Assembly: GCF_000143415.4 (NCBI RefSeq)
Contig: NW_003314311.1
Coordinates: 62,233-126,000, forward strand
Source of the DNA: Selaginella moellendorffii
Lineage: Eukaryota; Plantae; Lycopodiophyta
Length of the DNA stretch: 63,768 nt
Reading direction: 5' to 3'
Shown: positions 13,671-26,100 of the stretch, one piece after another
Numbering within the stretch: the first letter of the stretch is position 1
Layout: every line of letters starts with the position of its first letter
The notes under the pieces: model-generated
Seen by the model: only the letters and a program-made list of their open reading frames with translations
The model's database searches: none
Told to the model about the DNA's origin: nothing
Program-made: the position numbers and the translations under genes

Positions 13671-16600
13671 ATGGCGGAAGAAGAAGCTCCAGCGATGGCG
13701 GAGGAAGAAGCTCCTGTGATGGGGGAGGAAGAAGAAGCTCCGGCTGCCGCGGTGGAGCCAGCGACAGTGCCAGCCGACGGCGACGAAGCGCCAATGGAGG
13801 TAGATTGGAGCGACGCTCACGAATGGCTCGCGAGCCTGCCGAAGGGGCGGAATGTGAGCGAGGAGGAGATCGACGACTGGCTTTTGAGCAATGGCGAGAT
13901 CCTAGGCGCGGATATCTTGAGCGTTCCTCGCGAGGTCGTGTATGAGAATCTCAAGAACCAGCACAAGATTATCCGGGGCGATGAGGTGAGTTTGTTTTTC
14001 CAAGATAGGCTTTGACTCACTCCATTGCTTGCAGTCACAGGGCGATAATCCAGTGCCTCGTTTCAAGCAGAGTGATAAGTGGAAGCCTGTGTGGGGTTGG
14101 CTGGAATCGCTCGACGAGGACACTCCCGTGGGACAAAAAGAGATTGCCGAGTGGTTAAACCAGAATCCTCGCGTGGAGTTTGAGCTCGAGTCTTGCCAGT
14201 CGCGACGCAACCTCGTCAAGTACATCCAGAAGTGCTACTATATTGTGATGAAGAAGAAGAAGAAGCAACGCCAAGAGCTAGCTGTGAGTGGTTTTTGTTT
14301 CCCTTTTTCTTCTTTTGCTTCACAAGGCTTTGGTTTGCATCACAGCGAGAAGAGAGAAGGGAAAACTCTGGAAAACGTGGAAGAACAGATCCCGATCTTT
14401 CTTACACAGAAGAAACACCAAAGGTGCTTTCGTTTTTTTTTTTCCTTGCGTGTTCCTGACTTGGGTGCTTGTAGAAACCGACGAAGCATGCCAGGACTAG
14501 CCGCATGGAGTGGTCCAAACCCGTATCGGACACTACTGGTGGGGAGCTCATCTTTTCTATGTTGAATGGTTGACAACCTTGTGCTTTCAGGAATCCTGGC
14601 GTTCCCGGCTGATGACGACGAAGACAACCATCTGTGGACAATGGATAAAGAAGTCGTGAAACGGAGATACGAGCTGTATGTGGCAGTGTTTATATGGGCT
14701 TGGTACTGACAACTTTGCGAAAACTTGCAGGCTTTGTCAGCTACAAGTGAAGCTGCGGGATCTCATTCTGAAAGCTAGGGAGCAGCGGCGAGCAGGGAAC
14801 GGATCCTTGGACGGGCGTCGAACGTCAAGTCTCAAGCTTGCGAAGAGGCGAAAGAGCAGGACTTCGTGGTCCCGGAGAGCAAGTGCTTCCTCAGACTCGG
14901 AGCAATCGAATGGCCCGCCCCTGACGAACGAGACCACAGTGGAACCATCTGTTAATGCATGGGCTTGTAGCCATGCCTCGACAGGTACTTAGGATGACCA
15001 ATGCCCGAATTTTTTTTTCTCCTTTTTGAATAAATGGTCCTGTTTAGTGTAACAGATGAGTATGACATGCAAAGTTGCAAAGGATCCAGCACGCTCAAGC
15101 TCGTTTGGGATCGCGAGGCAGGCTTGAATTCTGGGTGTGGATCTAAGGACATCGGTCCCCGCCGCCGGAAGTGGACCGCTGCTTTCCAAGGTAGCGAAAG
15201 TTGGAACTGTAAAAGCTTCATAGATTGATCAACAGGCCCGTGATCTTTCGGCAGGCTGGTGGTCTCTCGAGAGGCGATTCAAGGCGCCTGGCGTGAAGCT
15301 TGGACAGCGTTACTTTTCTTCGTGGATGCCAACTTGGTCGGCCTACTCTTCGAGCGTGGCTCTTGCGCAACCTGCTGTAAGCCCGTGATCATAGTTTTTT
15401 TTTAAGATGCATTTTCTCTTAACTCGGTTTGCTTGCAGCAGGAGGGACTTCAAAAGGTTTTGGATGTTAGGTTCCATCCTTGTGGAGGTCCACAGATTGT
15501 TTGCGGTTGCAACGCTGTAAGCTGTTTTCTACCAAGGTTGTGGTCCTCGCTAATGTGCAATGCAGGCACCTAACGAGCTGCTTATTTATGACTTGATCAC
15601 TGGAAAGTCTAAAGCATTGAGTGGACACAATTGCCAGGTTTTCTTTTCCATTCTTAGGGCTCTTTTCGGTCTTCTTCTTTTGCGATGGATGTGATATTTT
15701 CTTGTCTTTATTTGTTTATTTATTTATAATTGTTGTTTTGGTGCATCAATTTCAGGTCCAAGCCGTGGAGTATGCCTCACAGGGGTCTCTAGTTGTTTCA
15801 TGTGCTGAAAGCACTGTGAAGGTCGTATCTTGCTACGTTTTGTCTTGTATATATTGACATTGTTTTTCAAATTCAGGTATGGGATTCATCAACTGCTGAG
15901 TGTCTTTACACTCTGGGGCCTGGTTCTGACGAAAACAACGTGGCTGGTCATAAGAAAAAAATATCTGCAATGGCTGTTAATCCGTCGCAATCCTGTAGCG
16001 TTTTGCTGTTCGTGACGTTCTTGGATCTCGCTTTACTGATCTTGTTTTGGTTGTTTGCAGGCCTTGTGGCAACAAGTGGTGGTCAAGGCGATCGGCAACT
16101 GCTTTTGTGGAACGTGGTAAGAGGAACGCTTGTATCAGAGTTAATCTCACAGGACAGGTACGTGAGCTAACTATACTTTTATTCGAGTAGAAATGCTGAA
16201 AGTGTAATGGTTCTTTTTTTTGTCTCCAGGGAAGATTTGCCTCCCATGGATGCTCTGGAGTTTTGTAATAACAACCTACTAATATGCGGAAGTGACTCGT
16301 CGCAAAATGGCTCGGGTCTTGTTCAGATCTGGGACGTGGATGCGCTCCTTGAGTGCTGTAGATTTCCAGCAAATGACATGGTAATCAATATTGCTTTCCA
16401 ATCTTGAGAGTTTCTGATTCGTGTTTTTTTGGGGCAGTATATAACTTGCCTAAAGACTAATCCAGCAGGAACAGTTATGGTGACAGGTAATTAACTCAGA
16501 GATATATGTCTAGCCTTTGCTGATGCATTCCTTTCAACAGGCTCAGGCGATGGAACAATCGGCTTATTTGATATTCGGAGCTGTGGTGCCATCTCCAGAC

Positions 16601-17359
16601 TACCTCTTGGCCCCCGTTGTGAGGTATTTCTCCGTCCATTGCAGCCAAAGCCAAGGTCATCTAACTTTTTTTCCAGGTTACTTCCGTTTCTTACAGTTCC
16701 TGTGGAAGATATATCCAGGCATCTTGCACAGCAAACAGCGCAATCGTTTGGGACACACGGTTAATGCCAATGGAGCCCCGTGAGCGCGTTAGCTCTCCAC
16801 TGGCGGTAGCCACCTCAGGCTCCCGGGTTACAAAGGCGTTACACTGTTTGAGCCATGGAAAACCAATGCCTACGGCAGAAAACACATGCCAGCGTGCCGG
16901 GTAAGAGGTTTTTTCTTACTTGTTGGTAGTGAGCGACCTCTCAACTCTTCTCGTGTGTGTAGCTTTGTGGATGCTGGGGACCAAGGAGTAAATGACGCTC
17001 GCTGGTTTAACAGCTCCCCTGTCCTGGTAACTGCAAGTGGAGATGGTAGCGTCGCTCTTTGGGATGTTACACTGGGAGAACCATGCCTCCGTCATTTGCA
17101 AAGTCATTCCAGATGTGTCAATACGGTGAGTCTTTACAAAACCGTTCGTCCTCTTTTTGCTTACATATTATCTTCCACTTCACAGGTTTCTATATCTTCT
17201 GACGATGATTTCTTTTGCACTGGAGGGGATGATCAAAAACTGGTACTTATATCTGTTCATTTTTTGTTTCTCTGCTTGAATTCTTGCTTTTAGGTACTGT
17301 ATGAGAATGTATCGTTTTCATCCCATCGAAACTGGCGCTTAACGCACCCCTTGTTGTAA
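13671..17359 (+). CDS. Multi-exon protein: acidic N-terminus, two Trp-rich helical repeats, C-terminal WD40 repeats
   Basis: Exons spliced by hand at GT-AG sites give a continuous frame from MAEEEAP through VLDVRFHP, LSGHNCQ, TVKVWD, GHKKKISAM; later exons give GLVQIWD, VTASGDGSVALWD and end ...WRLTHPLL* (TAA 17357-17359). Confidence 0.8.
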
Positions 17360-17570
17360 TCTCTTACAATTATCAATGTAATATGGGCTTTACATCACAA
17401 GTTTGATACCAGGAGAACCAGCAACTCTGGCAACAAGTAAGCTCGATTTTGTAGCCTTGGTGTGTTCACTAACTGTGCTTCGTGTAGCTTCTTGTTGAAA
17501 AGCGGAGGCCATCGCGAATCAGGTACTGAATGGATCAATTTTTCTGTTCTTGTTACGAGTTTATTGTAGA

Positions 17571-18063
17571 ATGCTTGGAACTCAAGGATCCAAGCGCGGC
17601 TGGATATGGGCGATGGTGGCTGGGAGCTGCGCCGCCGGGGCTGCTATTGCGGCCAAGCTCGCTTCACCATCAGTAAGAGAAATCGCGAGGGAGGGTTTTA
17701 GAGATCGTGACAAGCTCTTGTTTTTTATCCTGTGTAGATCTCGTTCGAAGTGAAGCTCTTGTGCTATGCTGCAGCGGTTGGAAGTAATGTTCTCATGTGG
17801 AGCTGCTACACCAAGAGTCTAGTGATGCTCTCCTCGTTGCAAGCCACCGTGGTGAACTTCGCGGCGAACTTTCTCCTGTCGGGAGTGGCTGGCTGGTTTT
17901 TGTTTGGGGAAAAGCTCACGGCTCAGGTGGGTGCTGAAAAAATTGGTTAAAGCACGCAACACTTTTCTCTTTGGGACAGTGGTTTCTTGGTGCGTGCTTT
18001 ATCATTCTGGGAATCTTGGTTCTCACCAGAGCTGGAGAGGAAGAACAACGCAAAGTCGAATAA
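17571..18063 (+). CDS. TMEM42-like small multi-pass membrane protein (DMT/EamA-like)
   Basis: 3 exons: MLGTQGSKRGWIWAMVAGSCAAGAAIAAKLASPS|ISFEVKLL...SNVLMWSCYTKSL..SSLQATVVNFAANFLLSG..GWFLFGEKL|WFLGACFIILGILVL...*. Confidence 0.8.
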
Positions 18064-18202
18064 TAACAAGGTATGAAGCGATATAATTTCCAGAGACACC
18101 AATCGCGAAAAATATATCCTTGTTTAAAGATGATCCGTTCAGAGCAGTATCAAATTCAACTCGCTATACATATATCTCTGTACAAAAGGCGGTAATTCTT
18201 TT

Positions 18203-19283
18203 TCACTCGAGAGCCCGGTACTCCTCTTCCGCTGAAACCGTGGGAATGACAGCCCCCAAGACGGTGAAAACGCCCAGCAAGAGCACCACGAGGGCAGTGA
18301 AGTTTGCGATGTAAGCTTCGTTGTCGTAGTGGCCAAAGACCTTGGAGGTTTGCAGGAAAGTCACCTTCTCAAGCACACCAGTCTGCGCACTGGCGATGGC
18401 TAAAACGTAGATGAAAATGCCGAGAAAAACGTGCCACGGGAGGACGGATCGTCGCGTGTTGGCGGCTGCTCCAGGATACCAGAATGTTACAAATCCTGCT
18501 ATCCACTGCCAAGAATTTCAAGCAATGATCCAAATGAGAAGCTAGAAAACGAAGGAGAACGAAAGATATATATACCTGAATGGCGAAGAGGATGATTGTT
18601 CCGAGGCCCAGCCACGAGTGTAAGCTGTAGAGGTTGTCGATTTTGGACTCGTTGTGGTACTTGAAAGCCGCGCAAATTCCAAAGATCCCCAGGCCCAAAG
18701 CCACGGCTTGCAAGCTCAGATGGACGCCTTTCCTGTAAACTTTGCTGCCGGGAACGCTCTTGTACACTAGAATAGCTGCGACAAAACAGGAAAAGTATTA
18801 AGCTTTTTGGCTTTGTCGGGAAAGAAAGAAGCGTACCCTCACTGGAGACGAAGATGAATCCAATGACCATAAGTACCGGATGTATCTGCAGGTGGAGAGT
18901 GAGTTCCAAATCCAAAACTGTTCATCAATCGAAAGAAGCAAAACCTCTTACCAAAAGAGGATTTTTACGACACTCAATCTATCCAAACCAGTCACTGGAT
19001 CATTCCTCATCAATGCCAAGAAGACAGGAAGCTCAAAAAACGAAAAAACTCAATGCTTTCTCACTCACCTCTAACTCAATTCCAAAAGAAACAAAGAGAA
19101 ACGAGGACGACTTATCGGAGATGAGATGCTTACATTGAAGACGAGGTTCTTATTGACCGCATTCCAATTGAGACCTCCCCTGTAGCTGATGCTCCAGATC
19201 AAAACCAGAATCGCCGCAGCGACGCCGAGGATGTGAACAGTGAGAATGAATGGCGTTGGGCCAATCCCCCACGACACCGCCAT
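18203..19283 (-). CDS. Cytochrome b561 (transmembrane ascorbate-dependent reductase family)
   Basis: 4 exons with heme-ligand His motifs FNIHPVLM, KGVHLSLQ, NLYSLHSWLG, PWHVFLG; stop at 18203-18205. Possible upstream in-frame start at 19671 (see findings). Confidence 0.93.
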
Positions 19284-19842
19284 AGCCGCCTCCTTCCTCT
19301 TCAAACCCTTCGCCCTGGAACAACAAAGCGCCACGAATCCACCAAACTTGTCACTCGCAAAATGGATGCTCCAATTAGGGCTCTAGCAAAGTGGCTTAGG
19401 AGATCTAAGACAGCCAATCAGGACACGCCACGGAAGCAAGCAAGACACTCGTGGGATGTCCAGCGCGGGAGATTCGAGCACGAGACCGGCTTTCAGCCCG
19501 GGACGCGATCGACGGCGCGGAGCGATTGCAGCGATCCGACGGTGGAGAAGAGCTAAAGAGCAAGGAAGAAACTTACGAGTTCTCTGGAGCGCCGGGATTG
19601 GGAGCGCTGGCGACGCCGCTCATGTCCAAAGCTATGGCGTTTCCAGGGGCTTTAGACTCTGGAGGATTCATCGCTTCCACCTACAAGGGAAAAAAGGACA
19701 AACTAGTCCCAGTAAAATTAGCTCTCGGCAGCGATACACTTATATACAACAAAAAAGGGAGTGCCAAAAGGAAACTAACCAGAGCTACGGTCGATCTTCT
19801 CGCCTGGAAAAACCACACGCACAAACGATCGATGAGAGACAA

Positions 19843-19845
<3 letters not shown>

Positions 19846-19884
<39 letters not shown>
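19846..19884. repeat. (GA)n microsatellite
   Basis: Perfect dinucleotide run inside a predicted minus-strand leader intron. Confidence 0.95.
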
Positions 19885-19887
<3 letters not shown>

Positions 19888-20146
19888 ACCTTCGTGAACA
19901 AATGTGAAGTAGAGTTAAGTCACAGTTATCTCCGTCCGCGACTAGTGGCTGGAAACTATTGATGAAGACAACAAACGCCACAAGAGCAGTTGTACAAGGC
20001 GGGACAATGGAAATAAACCAGGGCCGCATGTCTAAGTGTGAGCTCAGGTGATATCACCAGAGAGAGAATAAAGTGGAGATAAAAAGGAGAAGATCGATAT
20101 CCGGTGGACAGCTGCTCGAGGGAAACTTGTGATGGAGACGAGATTG

Positions 20147-21765
20147 CTATAGTTGTGGCTGCGTGTCGAGATAGTGTTTTACGAGATTAAAGTCGGGCAA
20201 GGTGTTGACATGAGCGTCGTCGATGAGCCAGAGGCCGGTGTCGTGAAATCGCTTGATCTTTTTGTCAAAGCCAGTGATGTAATTGTTGTGAATAATCGTG
20301 AGCTTGTTCTGGTTCTGAGGTAATCTTCGCCAGGTTTCGTTCTTGAAGTATAGTCCGCCGGAAGGGAAGGATGCCTGAGGTAGGAGATACATGTCAACCT
20401 ACACACAAAGAAAAAGAGCAAGAAAATTTGATAAGTGAGAACACACACACGAAAAGAAAGCTACCTTGTTGGAAGTTTTGTTCAAAGCCCAGTTGAAGGC
20501 AGGCTGATCGTTTGCCTTTGCCTTGGGAGACCAGGGCTGCTGTTGAAGCTCTTCAATCCATTTTTGTAGAACAAGCTTTGCTCCAGGTGTGGGCCGCAGG
20601 AAGATCATACAGCTACAGATGTAGGTTCTGCCTTTCTTTCCTGGAGGCGGAAGGCTGTGAGAATGGTCAAGAGGCTTGATCTGGCAGAGTATAAAAAGCC
20701 ATGCAAAAAAAACTCTTAGCTTGAGAATGACAAAAGAGAATTAAGGAAGAAGAGGAGATTGATACCGCAGTCATGTCGTCTGTGAAATATATGTCATGGT
20801 CACCAGTAAACAACGGGAATGGATCGCTCATCCAGACCATATCCACGTCGTTGTAAAGAACAGAGTAGCCAAGTTCCAAAAGTTTGAGCAGATGTTGTGG
20901 CCTGCGGGAAGTGAAATTAAAGAAACCCTGTGATTAGAACGCGTTAGCTCAAACGAAGATAACGAAAGACCAAAAAAATAAAAAATAAAAAATCGACGGA
21001 TCTAGCAACATGAAGAAGACACAAAAATGTACCTAGCCAAACACGAGACCAGAACAAAAGAGCAAGCAAACGAATAACTTTTTCACCTGTGATCCAAATC
21101 TCTGAAACAAAAAAAAACTGGAAAGAAAAAACTCGAATCTAGCAAGAAAAAGAAGACGCAAAAAAGCTGAGACCAAAGCACCAAAAACTCAAGCCAGAGC
21201 AATCAAAACAACTCTTTTACCTGTGATCCAAATCTCTGGAAAAAAAAAAAAAAAACACTCGACGAATCTAGCAAGTAAACCAAAAGAGCCACAAAAAATG
21301 CAAGCCAGAACAAAAGAGCAATCAAAAGAAGAATTTTGTCACCTGTGATCCAAACCTCTGAGCAGTCGCAAGTGGCAATGCCGGTGGCACAAGGACCGCA
21401 TGGCCAGGCCAGAACTCGTTCACGTAGTTGAGCATCTCATAGTCTTCGGCAATCACCAACACCTTGTCGTGGTGCCCGTGGCTCGCGATGCTAATCAGCC
21501 AATTCACGAGGAATGCAAGGTAGGGGAAGCTCACCGCGCACACGACGATCCTGCCGTCCCGCGCCACTGCAGCAGCGGCGGCCTCAAGCGTGTAATCCGC
21601 CCACCGCGACGAAGACGACGTAGATCCGGCCCGATATCCTCGATCTTGAAGCGAAACAAGAATGTAGGCGAGCAGCACAGCTCCAAGAACCAGAGTAACG
21701 AGGCGGCGGCGAGAGATCCAGGAGAGCGCGCCTTGCTTGAGCGCACGGCGCCCGGGTATCACCAT
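20147..21765 (-). CDS. RGXT: GT77 rhamnogalacturonan-II alpha-1,3-xylosyltransferase (RGXT/MGP4-like)
   Basis: Type II anchor; RFGSQ|GFFNFTSRRP, YNDVDMVW (DxD), KKGRTYICSCMIFLRPT, NDQPAFNWAL, FPSGGLYF, IHNNYITG; 4 exons. Confidence 0.92.
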
Positions 21766-22959
21766 AGCTGAGGAACCCTAAAGAAGCCCTAAAATGGTTT
21801 AAATATTAGGGCTTTTAGAATTCAAACTTTCGCGCGCTATTTTGACAAAGAAACTCTCAAAAATGTTGGAAATAGATGAGCTACGATTGCTTAATTCCAA
21901 AGAATAGAAATCGATAGAAAATTCTGGAGAACAAAGACCTCCAAATGTAAATGAAATCTAGAGAACTTACTAAGTGCAAGAACAATGATTGCGTAAAGGA
22001 TCCCAGAGAACTCGATAGCCTCGACATCAAATCTGGAATATGGTGCCAAATGTAAAACCATTGGAGAAATCGCATAATAGAAGTCAACTTTGACGATTGA
22101 CGAAGAGCTTGTGTAGAAATTGATTGCAAACCGGGAAGGCGCCTCTTGGAAATTCCAAGGAGAAACGAGACACTGCTCGTGGATGCTTTGTTGGTCATCA
22201 TCAGCGCCACCACCAGCAGCACCACCAACAAAGCGAAGAATCGAAGCCCATCAATCTGGCCTCCAGTGGAGTGATTTTTATAAAACCTGGTACCAAGTGG
22301 AAAAAGTTCCCATCACAGGCCTGTGCCAAAAGAAAAGAACAGCGTTCGTGTGAGTTTCTAACAGTAAAGAGACATGTAGCACCTGTTTTACTTGCGGTGA
22401 TTTCTTCGAGTTTGCACGGGCAGACGCACAGGATCGGTCTTTCGCTGTAAAAGAAGAACAAAATGAGACATAATGGAAAGCGTGAAAATGGAGAGAATCG
22501 TGTGAGTCATGAGTCCTTTTGATGCGGCTGCTTGCATAAAGCAATGCACTATATGCTTGCTATCTGGAAAAGAGGATGACGATGGAAGAGCGGGGAATTT
22601 TTGACTGTCATGACGTGATCTAGTCTCTTATTTTCTTGTTCTCTTTACCTCGAAACCGCTCACGTAGAAACTGTTGCTTGATTCCACGCACATCGTTCAA
22701 ACGTTGCGATGGAGACACCAAAGTCCTACAAGCACTGCGCAGCCAAGAAACTAGAAAACTCGAGTGTAGAACTTCTGTTTTCTTCGCTCACCTCGAAGCC
22801 TTTGAGAAGAAGAAGAAAGCTCGCTGTGAGTGGGATGCATTTTCCCAGAAGTTCGTCCTTTGAGAACATCATAGATATTCGATTCACGGAAGCCTGCCAA
22901 GCAAAGGCACAATCAAATGCTTCAGACATAGCCGCCATGGAGTCACTGTTGTCTTACTT

Positions 22960-22969
22960 AATATATAAA
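22960..22969 (+). promoter_or_regulatory. TATA-like box upstream of the ABCB gene
   Basis: aatatataaa followed by a pyrimidine-rich leader and a (GA)n tract before the ATG at 23188. Confidence 0.45.
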
Positions 22970-23075
22970 CACCCTCTCAGAGAACTCCGTAGAGCGCGCT
23001 CTTTCCCTTTCTCCACTCTAATAGCATCAACCCCATCATCAGTTTCTTGCTTGACTCCCAAGAAGAAAAGAGCAA

Positions 23076-23078
<3 letters not shown>

Positions 23079-23145
<67 letters not shown>
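23079..23145. repeat. (AG)n microsatellite in the ABCB 5' leader
   Basis: Perfect run of about 33 units. Confidence 0.95.
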
Positions 23146-23151
<6 letters not shown>

Positions 23152-23187
23152 TTTCTTTTCACCTGAGTACCTTGAGGGGACGATTTC

Positions 23188-26100
23188 ATGAAGTCGAAGT
23201 CGTTCATGACGGTGTTTGCGTCCTACAAGAGGCTTTTCCAAGAAGGTGATAAGTACGACTCCATAACGATGATTTTCGGTACTCTAGGCTCGATGATCAA
23301 TGGTTTATCGCTCCCTGCCGTGTACACAATTCAGAGTCACGTATACAACAACTATGGAAACCATACCTCCAACGCCAACAAACAGGTAGAAAAGAAGTTC
23401 CTTCGACCGATCCAGTTTCTCAAGTGATCTAAATGCTCGAAGTTTTGGTATGTAGGCAATTTGGTGCGTGTACTTGGCAGCCATCTCTCTGCTAGGAGCA
23501 TATCTCGGTACGTCTCGATCATTTCCTCCTTTGTCGATCGATTTGAGTGCACCAAAATATCGCTCGAATCGCGTCCCACTATTAAAAGATAAAGTTTGGT
23601 CCGAGCACTGTACTTAAAGCTGACATTGTCCATCTCCATCTCTCGTAATTGATTGCTGTTTCGTGCCTTGCCAGAAGTAAGCTGCTGGATCTATACTGGC
23701 CACAGGCAAGCGCGCAGGCTTCGAGTCAAGTATGTGAATTGCGTGCTACGCCAGGACGCCAGCTACTTTGATTGCAAGATCTCTACTGCAAACGTTATAG
23801 AAAACGTTTCCGCTGATATTGCTCACGTCCAGGAAGCTGTCGGAGAGAAAGTAAGTTGGCAGAAAAGAAAGAAAAACAAAAAACTCACCTTTTTTTGAGT
23901 GTGCATGATCTCATAGCTTTTACTACGCAGCTTGGCCACTTCATCGAGAACATCTCCCTTTTTGTTGGAAGCGTTATAACGGCCTTGATACTCGCTTGGA
24001 GGCTGGCTTTGATCGTCTCGCCTTTTGTGCTGGTGTTGCTCTTTCCGGGTTTTCTATACAGCGGAGCTCTCTCCAGCTACGCCAAGCAAAGGCAGGCATC
24101 TTATGCAACTGCGGGAAAAATCGCCGAGCAGGCAATTTCTTCGATACGGGTGGTCTACTCCTTTGTTGCCGAGAGGAAAACATTGGAGTTATACTCCGGG
24201 GCCCTGGAAGAGAGTATCAAAGTCGATCGCAAGCAGGGACTGGCCAAAGGACTTACGCTGGGATTCCATGGACTACGATATGTCGTGTGGGCTTTAATGA
24301 CTTGGTATGGAGGAAGTTTGGTAGCCAAGGGTCAAGCAAATGGTGCTCAAATACTCCTCGCGGGATCTGCATTTGTCGTGGGAAGCATGTAAGTGTCTAT
24401 GCCATGAAAACATAGTTTCTTACATTTTGGATGCGGCTTTTGGCAGGGCATTGGGCAGTATACTCCAGAATCTTAGAGAGATCAAAGATGGCCAGGCAGC
24501 GCTCTCCAGGATTTTTGAAGTTCTTGAGACAATACCAACAATCGATATCGATTCTTCGAAAGGCCGAGTTCTCGATCGTGTTGAAGGAGAGCTAGAGTTT
24601 CAAAACGTCATATTCTCGTATCCCTCACGATCGGAACTCCCAGTTTTGGATGACTTCAGTTTGCATATTGCTCCTGGTAAGAGTCAAAGCAAAAACACGT
24701 ATTATTATCTAATATTATACCTCGCAGGAAAAACCACGGCTTTAGTTGGCAAGAGCGGGAGCGGAAAATCCACGGTTATCTCTTTGCTGGAACGTTTTTA
24801 TGATCCTTCGAACGGGAAAGTTCTTCTGGATGGAGTAAACATCAAAAACCTGCAATTGAAGTGGTATCGCGAGCAAATTGGATTAGTGAGCCAAGAGCCT
24901 ATTCTCTTCTCGTCCACAATCAAGGAGAACATTTTTCTAGGAAAAGAGAACGCAACCTTGGAGGAAGTAATTGCTGCCGCCAGGAAATCCGACGCACACT
25001 CGTTTATTTGCGGCTTCCCAGAAGGATACGAGACTCAGGTCTGAAAGTCAAAACGCAGCTTACAGAACATGCAGATACTAACAAAACTTACTTCCTCAGG
25101 TTGGCATACGAGGAGAGCAGCTCTCTGGAGGCCAGAAGCAGCGTATAGCTCTAGCAAGAGCTCTGGTGAGAAATCCGGCTATTCTTCTCCTGGACGAAGC
25201 TACCAGCGCTCTCGACAACGAGTCCGAGAGGACAGTCCAAAGGGCAATCCAGGAAGCTTGCACTGCTCGAACAGCTCTAGTGATAGCACATAAACTTCGA
25301 GCAATCGAAAGTGCCGACTTGGTCGCGGTGGTGGAGGCTGGCAAGGTGGTGGAGTATGGAAGCAAGCAGGATTTGAAAAATGAGGGAGCTTTTGCAGAGA
25401 TGTTCCAGCTCCAGCAGGTGGAAGGCGATCAATCTACAAGAAAAGGGTCGCCAGAAAAATTTAGACGCAAGAAAACGCAGGAAGAGAACGTCGAAGATGT
25501 CGTACAAACCAAGTTAGCGAGGAAGGATCGGATTGAACAATCGGGCAAGAAGAGGAATGACTTCATTCGTCTCCTCCTCATGAACCAACCGGAGTGGAAA
25601 TACTGCCTACTCGGAATTGCAGCAGCAGTAAGTATCGGCTTCCTTCATCCGATCTTTGTTGCTCTTGGGGCCGACGTCATTTCGTCATTTTATTCGGATA
25701 GCCCTGCCAAAACCAGGCACAGAGTGAGAAACGATGCTATGATCTTCGCAGCACTCTCACTCGTTACTTTTGCCTCCAACACCCTCCAGCACTACAGCTT
25801 TGGATCCATGGGAGCAGCGCTTACTAAACGAGTCCGAGAGAAGATGATGGCCAAAATCCTCGAGCTTGATATAAGTTGGTTCGATCAAGAGCAGCATTCT
25901 AGTGGAGCGTTAACTTCTCGCCTAGCGTCAAGCGCAAGCATGGTCAGTTACAGTCAATTTTGTCCAAACTTTTTGATGCTCACCTCTTCTTTGCAGGTAA
26001 GAACAGTCGTGAGTGATAGGATCTCCCTCTTCGTCCAAACTGCATCAACTATTTCCGTGAGTGTTGTGGCTAGCTTTGTAGTCTCGTGGAAACTTGCCAT

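Noticed and set aside
19451-19962. Plus-strand ORFs with ER/RE repeats (also 22709-23241)
   Set aside because: Translations of (GA)n microsatellites; splice signals here favour the other strand or a UTR.
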